From the IMG/VR virus record IMGVR_UViG_3300008255_000343, positions 1 to 30,589 of that record: a DNA stretch of 30,589 nt. The stretch is one strand, 5' to 3'. A model generated the notes under the pieces. It was not told where the DNA came from and searched no databases. It saw nothing but the letters and a program-made list of their open reading frames with translations. This document shows positions 25,239 to 30,589 of the stretch, in pieces. The stretch's first letter is position 1. Every line of letters begins with the position of its first letter. Both the position numbers and the translations under genes were made by a program. The stretch is from a virus. Its lineage: Duplodnaviria > Caudoviricetes.

Positions 25239-27556
25239 CGTTCCACGCTCCCCTAACTCTGGCGTTCGGACCCGAGACCCTGATCCTTCTCGCGGTAGGT
25301 GTTGCTGCCCTCGCCGCAAGCTATTTCCTCATCCCAAAGCCCAAGAACAAATCCCGTCGCTTCGAGCCTACGACGCTCTCCGAACGAGGGTCTTACGTGC
25401 CTCTGCTGATCGGTCGTCGCCGTGTAGGCGCCGTGTTCGCGTGGGCGGGTCGTAGAAAATCCAGTAAGAGTAGCGGTGGGGGCAAGGGCGGGGTTCTTGG
25501 GGGCGGTGGGGGTGGTGCGAAAGAGTACAAAGAAGACGGCTGGCACCTGCTATGTGTTGGTCCCGCGACGAAACTCTACGGCATCTGTGAAAATAACAAG
25601 CTGATATGGGAAGGCCCTATTAACAGTACCACGTCCCCCAGCGGCACCACAGTCTCCACCGGACGGGGCAGCTTCACGATCTATTGGGGGGAGTTGAACC
25701 AGCCCATTAATGAAGACCTCGCCCTAGATTCGGCGGTAGGTGTTCGGAGCCGATGGCCTCTGATGTGTTACATTCAGTGGACGGGCAAGAACCTCGGGGG
25801 AACCCCTACGTGGCCTCAGCTTGAATACGATCTCGAAACATCCCTCGATGGCGACGGGTCTGTGATCCCGCTCGCGGAGGCCCGTATTCCAGACGGTGCG
25901 GAAATCGGAACCAATCCGGCGTTCATGTTGTTCATGCTGTTGACCGGCAACTTCCCCCACGGGGTAGGTCTATCCGCCGATGATCTGGACGAGACATCGC
26001 TACAAGCCATCTCTGCGATCCTCGACACCGAGTCGATCCCCGGGAACGTGGTAGTGAATGATGGGGACACCATAGACAACCTCGTAAAGAGCATCATGGC
26101 GGATACGGGAATGATGATGCCGATGCACGAGGGGCGTCTGGTGTTCAAACTGATCCGTGACACGACAGGTGAGTCGCTGCCTACCATCACCGAGGACATG
26201 ATCACGCAACCCGAGACCGAGATTGACATCGACACGCGAGTCACGGTGATCGACCGCATCGTCTACACGTTCAACGACATCGAGCTACAGTACAAGGTGC
26301 AGGATGTCAAGATTGACAACGATTCATCGGCACTTGAGCACGGTCGATTCACCGAGGAACAGAACGAACTCGTGCTGCCCACCGATATCGGCACGGCGAT
26401 CAAGATAGCGGATCGCCGGTCGCAAGAGGCGTTCGCCAACCTCGCCAAGTTCTCGTTTGCCGGCGTTCGGTCGCCGAACCTGTTGATTCCCGGCATGGCC
26501 GCAGAGGTCGAGAACGTAGGCACCGTTCGCATCCTCTCCGTAAAGCGTGACACGTTCACGCCTCGCGTTGATCTCGAATGTATCCTAGACTCACTGGCGG
26601 TTACGGAGTCTGGCGCCGGTCAGGACGACAACACCGCTCAAGATTCCACACTAGACCCCGCCGAAGACACTGATTTCACATGGATTCAAGCCCCTGAATC
26701 GTTCTTGAGCCGCGACACTGTTCCGAGCGGTATGGACCTGCCCTCCATCGCCATCCTAGTGTTCCGCCATAGGGCACACGATCAGATCGAGGGGGCGTTC
26801 ATTCATGCGTCCATCGACGCCGCGGACTACCAGGTCGTGGGGCTGCAGAACACCCACGCGTCGGGCGGGATAATGTCCGATGCCCTGTCCGCTTCCACTG
26901 ACGATATTGTGGCTACGGGGCCTACGTTCGAGGCGTCATCCTTTGACATCCTCGACGTGCTCGACCTCAGTTCCAGTGAGCAGCAGTGGAAGAATGGGCG
27001 GCAGCTTTGCGTGATTGACTCCGAAGTATTCTTCCTAGAACATATAGACGTGGTGGCGGTCAGCGATTGGGCCGCGGCGACCGTGTACTCTTCAGGCTCC
27101 GTGGTTCAACCCACATCATCCGGCAAACAAACGGGTCTTCGTTACGTAAGAACCGCTGGCGGTACGTCCGGTGCCTCTGAACCAGATTGGCCCGAGACCG
27201 TAGGGGACACAGTGGTGGACAACGGGGTAACATGGAGGGCTCACCACTACCAGTACACCTTGAAGAACATGATCAGGGCACGCTTCAACACCGTTAAGGC
27301 GTCCCACAGCATCAACGATCGCGTGTACATCATCAATCAGGCCGACCTCGTGGTGATCTCTGACTCTATCATCACGCCGGGTGTGAGCCTGTGTGTGAAA
27401 ACGCAGCCCTTCACAAACCTCGCCGAAGTGGACGTGGGCCTCGTAACGCCCGTCTGCCAGTTCCTCGACAGCGACGTGATCAACGCCACATTCTTGTCTT
27501 CGCTCGGCGGCGTCGATATAGTAATAACGCACACCGGGGACGGGATTAGATTCTAA
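25226..27556 (+). CDS. Tail tip/central fibre (host specificity) protein
   Basis: Follows hub and NlpC as in GTA-like tails; VPLLIGRRRV, Gly-rich loop, TNPAFML, RARFNT. Confidence 0.8.
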   Translation: MGFVTFHAPLTLAFGPETLILLAVGVAALAASYFLIPKPKNKSRRFEPTTLSERGSYVPLLIGRRRVGAVFAWAGRRKSSKSSGGGKGGVLGGGGGGAKEYKEDGWHLLCVGPATKLYGICENNKLIWEGPINSTTSPSGTTVSTGRGSFTIYWGELNQPINEDLALDSAVGVRSRWPLMCYIQWTGKNLGGTPTWPQLEYDLETSLDGDGSVIPLAEARIPDGAEIGTNPAFMLFMLLTGNFPHGVGLSADDLDETSLQAISAILDTESIPGNVVVNDGDTIDNLVKSIMADTGMMMPMHEGRLVFKLIRDTTGESLPTITEDMITQPETEIDIDTRVTVIDRIVYTFNDIELQYKVQDVKIDNDSSALEHGRFTEEQNELVLPTDIGTAIKIADRRSQEAFANLAKFSFAGVRSPNLLIPGMAAEVENVGTVRILSVKRDTFTPRVDLECILDSLAVTESGAGQDDNTAQDSTLDPAEDTDFTWIQAPESFLSRDTVPSGMDLPSIAILVFRHRAHDQIEGAFIHASIDAADYQVVGLQNTHASGGIMSDALSASTDDIVATGPTFEASSFDILDVLDLSSSEQQWKNGRQLCVIDSEVFFLEHIDVVAVSDWAAATVYSSGSVVQPTSSGKQTGLRYVRTAGGTSGASEPDWPETVGDTVVDNGVTWRAHHYQYTLKNMIRARFNTVKASHSINDRVYIINQADLVVISDSIITPGVSLCVKTQPFTNLAEVDVGLVTPVCQFLDSDVINATFLSSLGGVDIVITHTGDGIRF

Positions 27557-27837
27557 TGGGTATTCAAGCAATAGATGATCTTGACGAGGACGTGTCTCTC
27601 GACGGAGAGGACATGCTACTTGTCCAGGAAGATGATTCCGTAGGGGTCAACAAGAAGGTCAAGATCAAGAATCTATATGCAGGGCGCGACCCTCTTCGAG
27701 TCATCCCCAACACGGCGCATCCCGAACCTACAACCCCCGGTTTTGCCGGGCGGTTCTTATTCGCGGTTGTAGTAGGGGTGCCCGAGGTTCGATTTGATGA
27801 TGGTTCGGCGTGGATCAACGCACATACGGGAGTCTGA
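27556..27837 (+). CDS. Small tail-associated protein, paralogue 1
   Basis: TAATG coupling; shares IxxLDED and DGSAWINxH with the next gene. Confidence 0.7.
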   Translation: MGIQAIDDLDEDVSLDGEDMLLVQEDDSVGVNKKVKIKNLYAGRDPLRVIPNTAHPEPTTPGFAGRFLFAVVVGVPEVRFDDGSAWINAHTGV

Positions 27838-28121
27838 TGAGCATCCAGATCAACGAACTCGATGAAGATACAGCCCCGGCGTCCACCGACCTCGTGCTGG
27901 GGGATGCCGATGTCTCTATCCCTATCCCCGATCTTATGGCGGGCGCCGCGATCAAGTATGCGTATGCGTCCCTTCCGTCCCCGGCAACCGAGGGGTTGTT
28001 GGCCTTCGTATCGAATGGTCGTAAGCCTAGCGAGGGTGCAGGGACGGGCACAGGCGTGCTCGCGTACAGTGACGGTTCTGCATGGATCAACTCCCACGAC
28101 AGCGTAGCGGTGAGTATATAA
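27837..28121 (+). CDS. Small tail-associated protein, paralogue 2
   Basis: TGATG coupling; SNGRKPSEGAGTGTGVLAY. Confidence 0.75.
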   Translation: MSIQINELDEDTAPASTDLVLGDADVSIPIPDLMAGAAIKYAYASLPSPATEGLLAFVSNGRKPSEGAGTGTGVLAYSDGSAWINSHDSVAVSI

Positions 28122-28122
28122 C

Positions 28123-28428
28123 ATGGCCCTGAAAACCATCAAAGACTTCCCCGGAGGCACGGGCACAGGATACGCTTACCTCCTGGTGCAGAAATCAGAC
28201 AATACCCACTACAAGCACCGCCTCGACAAGATGATCGCCTCTCAGGTCGGGGTGTACACGGTGGCTGCTCTGCCGGCCCTGCCTACGTCGGGTCTGTTCA
28301 TTGCCTTCGCGTCCAATGGCCGTAAGGCTGGCGAGGGTGCCGGGGCGGGCACGGGCGTGCTCGTGTACGCTCATAGCGTTGATGGCATCTGGCGAAACTT
28401 CCACGACAAAGCGGCTGTCGCCGCGTAA
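28123..28428 (+). CDS. Small tail-associated protein, paralogue 3
   Basis: SNGRKAGEGAGAGTGVLVY...W.N.HD..AV. Confidence 0.75.
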   Translation: MALKTIKDFPGGTGTGYAYLLVQKSDNTHYKHRLDKMIASQVGVYTVAALPALPTSGLFIAFASNGRKAGEGAGAGTGVLVYAHSVDGIWRNFHDKAAVAA

Positions 28429-28434
28429 CAGGAG

Positions 28435-28686
28435 ATGATCATGCGAGTCACAGAGTTTATTCGAGGCAAGGGTCCGGGCGAGTCGTTCGACATCAACCCC
28501 GAGGACGTGCGGGACATCTCCCCGCGGACGAATCTCGCGGGCAGGCTCGCGTCCCCGGGCAGCACGATCACGTTCGTGGATGGCTCCGTTATGTGTGCTG
28601 TGGAGACCCCCGACGCGATCCTCGACAGGCGGGCTCAGATCGCCTCTGAGCCGCTCGTGGTCGACGCCGACGATTCGGGCGACTGA
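28435..28686 (+). CDS. Hypothetical protein
   Basis: AGGAG RBS, which better fits ATG 28441; last gene of the + strand operon. Confidence 0.65.
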   Translation: MIMRVTEFIRGKGPGESFDINPEDVRDISPRTNLAGRLASPGSTITFVDGSVMCAVETPDAILDRRAQIASEPLVVDADDSGD

Positions 28687-28895
28687 GATACCTTTTCGTG
28701 AGCCCGGATCATCCTGCGTGCAAGGGCGGCTGCCCCTCGCCCCCTCTTGGGGTTAATCGCCACGATCGCCACCTGAGTCGTTACCACCGTGCCGCAACCC
28801 GACGCTAAACACTCGCGACGTTGAGCCATGCCCCCCGGCGTTTTGTACGTGTGGGTGACGGCCAGCGTGCCTCTGTCGCAGATGGGGCAGTTCAT
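28635..28895 (-). CDS. Zn-ribbon protein, Ogr/Delta- or NrdR-N-terminal-like; possible late regulator
   Basis: MNCPIC...QRRECLASGC; ATGA overlap with the terminase stop. Confidence 0.65.
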   Translation of the reverse strand: MNCPICDRGTLAVTHTYKTPGGMAQRRECLASGCGTVVTTQVAIVAINPKRGRGAAALARRMIRAHEKVSQSPESSASTTSGSEAI

Positions 28896-30337
28896 CGTCG
28901 TCCTATCGTTCCCTTGTAGGCGGATGATCCTACTCGCTTGCCGGACCTGCGGGTTCCTGAGACCCATCCATCGGCCTCGACCTCATCATAGAATGTCATC
29001 ACAGCCATGTCAGCCCTATCGGGCGATCCCCCGTTGCGCTTCTTATAGTCATCTTTCTTCTCGACCACTATCTTGCCTTTTCTATTGACAAAATACTGGC
29101 GAGTTGTTAGCTGCTGGATCATCAACGGGTCTTTGGGCAGGTAGCACTTGCCCTTCTTGCACAGCGACGCGAGGTTGAACCACGCCTCGGTGATCCGGTT
29201 CTCATACTGGTTGTTGATCGAGTGATTCAGGGAGTGGAACTCCATGACGTTCTTCTGAGCCTCATAGAACAACGCCATCGCACCGCCGCCAATACCGTCT
29301 GCGTCCGGAACGTACCAGGTGTCCTCGTCCTTCCAGAAGGCGTCGTGCTGCATCCTGAACGCCTCGTCAACGACGTTCATGGGCTCAACGTGGTGGAATA
29401 CCCTCGTCGACACCAGAGCGTTCCCGTGCCGGCGACCAATGACCGATTCGTCGTCGCCGAAGCGGGCGATGTCGAGGCCGATCTGTCGCGCCAGTTTGCC
29501 ATTCGGCCGCCTGATCTGAGACGCCCAAAGCATCTGGCCTTTGTCCAAGCACTTCTCCAAGTCCTCGATCGAGATGATGCAGTTCGGATCGGCGATCGGG
29601 AACTCGCCGAGCACGCGGACGCGGTACACGTCGGAATCCCTGCCGAACTCTTCTTCGAGGTCTTTGTTGCGTTTAGGATCGAACCATTCCGATGCGGGGG
29701 TCTCTTCGGCGTTCCAGTGAAGGCACGTCCACTTCGCCCGGTCCCGAGTGAAACAGTCGAAGAACGCACAGTCGCGTGTGTTGGGGTTCCCGATTTGAAG
29801 GAACATGGCGTTGGGGTTGGTTAAAGTGCCTTTGTACTGTTCTATGATCTCTCTCTTCACGCCCGAGGCTTCTTCACAGATAATATCCATGTCCTTGCGG
29901 TGCTGGCCCTGAGCGGATTCCGTTCTCGTGGACGTGACGAGCAACGCACCCCAATCACGGGGCTTCTGTCCGCACACACCGATCTGCGTGTTTGTGACCT
30001 TGAACAGCTTTTGAACCATCGGATGTGCGTCTCGAAGGACAAGCGAGACCTCCCCGAGCCACACGTCTTTACACTGCTTCATCGTAGGGGCTGTCACAAC
30101 GAGCTTCGACCACGGCTTGCGGATCAAACGGAACAGGCCCACCACCGCCGAGGTTCGAGACTTCCCCGGCCCCTGCCCCGATCGACAGGCTATCTTGCTG
30201 TCACCCCGTTGGACGGCATCAAGTAGCTGCCTCTGCTGCCACGTAGGATGGAAATTAACAGCAGCACAGAACTTGTAGATGTCTTGACTGATGGCTCTGT
30301 AGACTTGCTCGAATTGTCGAGCCATTAGACTCATCAA
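28892..30337 (-). CDS. terL: Terminase large subunit
   Basis: PTWQQ, Walker A SGQGPGKS, Walker B IICEEASG, GNP, nuclease GLDIARFGDD, DADGIG, SPDRAD. Confidence 0.95.
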   Translation of the reverse strand: MMSLMARQFEQVYRAISQDIYKFCAAVNFHPTWQQRQLLDAVQRGDSKIACRSGQGPGKSRTSAVVGLFRLIRKPWSKLVVTAPTMKQCKDVWLGEVSLVLRDAHPMVQKLFKVTNTQIGVCGQKPRDWGALLVTSTRTESAQGQHRKDMDIICEEASGVKREIIEQYKGTLTNPNAMFLQIGNPNTRDCAFFDCFTRDRAKWTCLHWNAEETPASEWFDPKRNKDLEEEFGRDSDVYRVRVLGEFPIADPNCIISIEDLEKCLDKGQMLWASQIRRPNGKLARQIGLDIARFGDDESVIGRRHGNALVSTRVFHHVEPMNVVDEAFRMQHDAFWKDEDTWYVPDADGIGGGAMALFYEAQKNVMEFHSLNHSINNQYENRITEAWFNLASLCKKGKCYLPKDPLMIQQLTTRQYFVNRKGKIVVEKKDDYKKRNGGSPDRADMAVMTFYDEVEADGWVSGTRRSGKRVGSSAYKGTIGRR

Positions 30338-30344
30338 GCACCTG

Positions 30345-30587
30345 TCAAGGCCTGCCCTGGCTCTGGATCGACTTCAGCCGCTCGTCCATTCGAGCTAGGA
30401 TTTCGTTGGTTTTCTGCTGGGCTTCGGCCATTGTCTCGATCTTTTTCGTGTTCGCGGACGCTGCCTCAGCGGTTCGCGTGAGGGCTGTGTCGACGCTTGT
30501 CATCCACGCCGCGGCACCCGCTACGCTGCTCAAGAACACAGCCACGGCGCCAGCCGCACCTATCCAAAAGGACGCCCTGGCGGGGCG
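30345..30587 (-). CDS. Membrane protein with a coiled-coil tail, 5'-truncated; possibly lysis-related
   Basis: Frame open to the window edge (RPARASFWIGAAGAVAVFLSSVAGAAAW...); one hydrophobic segment. Confidence 0.55.
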   Translation of the reverse strand, partial: RPARASFWIGAAGAVAVFLSSVAGAAAWMTSVDTALTRTAEAASANTKKIETMAEAQQKTNEILARMDERLKSIQSQGRP

Positions 30588-30589
30588 AA

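Noticed and set aside
29861-29890. Terminase Walker B reads EE rather than DE, suggesting inactivation
   Set aside because: EEA-type Walker B motifs occur in functional terminases (PBSX/SPP1-like), and all other motifs are intact.
1-30589. CRISPR array, diversity-generating retroelement, intron/intein, integrase or IS
   Set aside because: No spaced repeat array, reverse transcriptase, adenine-variable repeat pair, recombinase or transposase motif was seen; polymerase and terminase are uninterrupted.

Overview
The window is a contiguous piece of a GC-rich, tailed dsDNA bacteriophage, probably a siphovirus; no host genes, integrase or endolysin are visible. Left arm (1-9007, + strand) is replication and accessory genes: DEDDh exonuclease, a Gln/Pro-rich probable SSB, family A DNA polymerase, an aberrant tRNA-like element, RuvC-like resolvase, a C5-cytosine methyltransferase split over two fully overlapping reading frames, MazG-like and SLOG/YspA-like proteins, and a duplicated sigma70 promoter cassette. 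A - strand block (8996-11179) holds the portal, a small hypothetical and an HK97 gp10-like gene. It is divergent from a + strand head-tail operon (11292-28686): XkdF-type protease/scaffold, decoration protein, gpE-type capsid, connectors, tail tube, frameshifted chaperone, tape measure, GTA-like tail tip and three small paralogues. The right end (- strand) carries the large terminase and a Zn-ribbon protein. The most notable items are the ~1.19 kb dual-coding methyltransferase locus with W-x-T-P repeats, the non-canonical tRNA-like RNA with a structured upstream region, and the split packaging-gene architecture. All family calls come from motif recognition by eye, not database searches.
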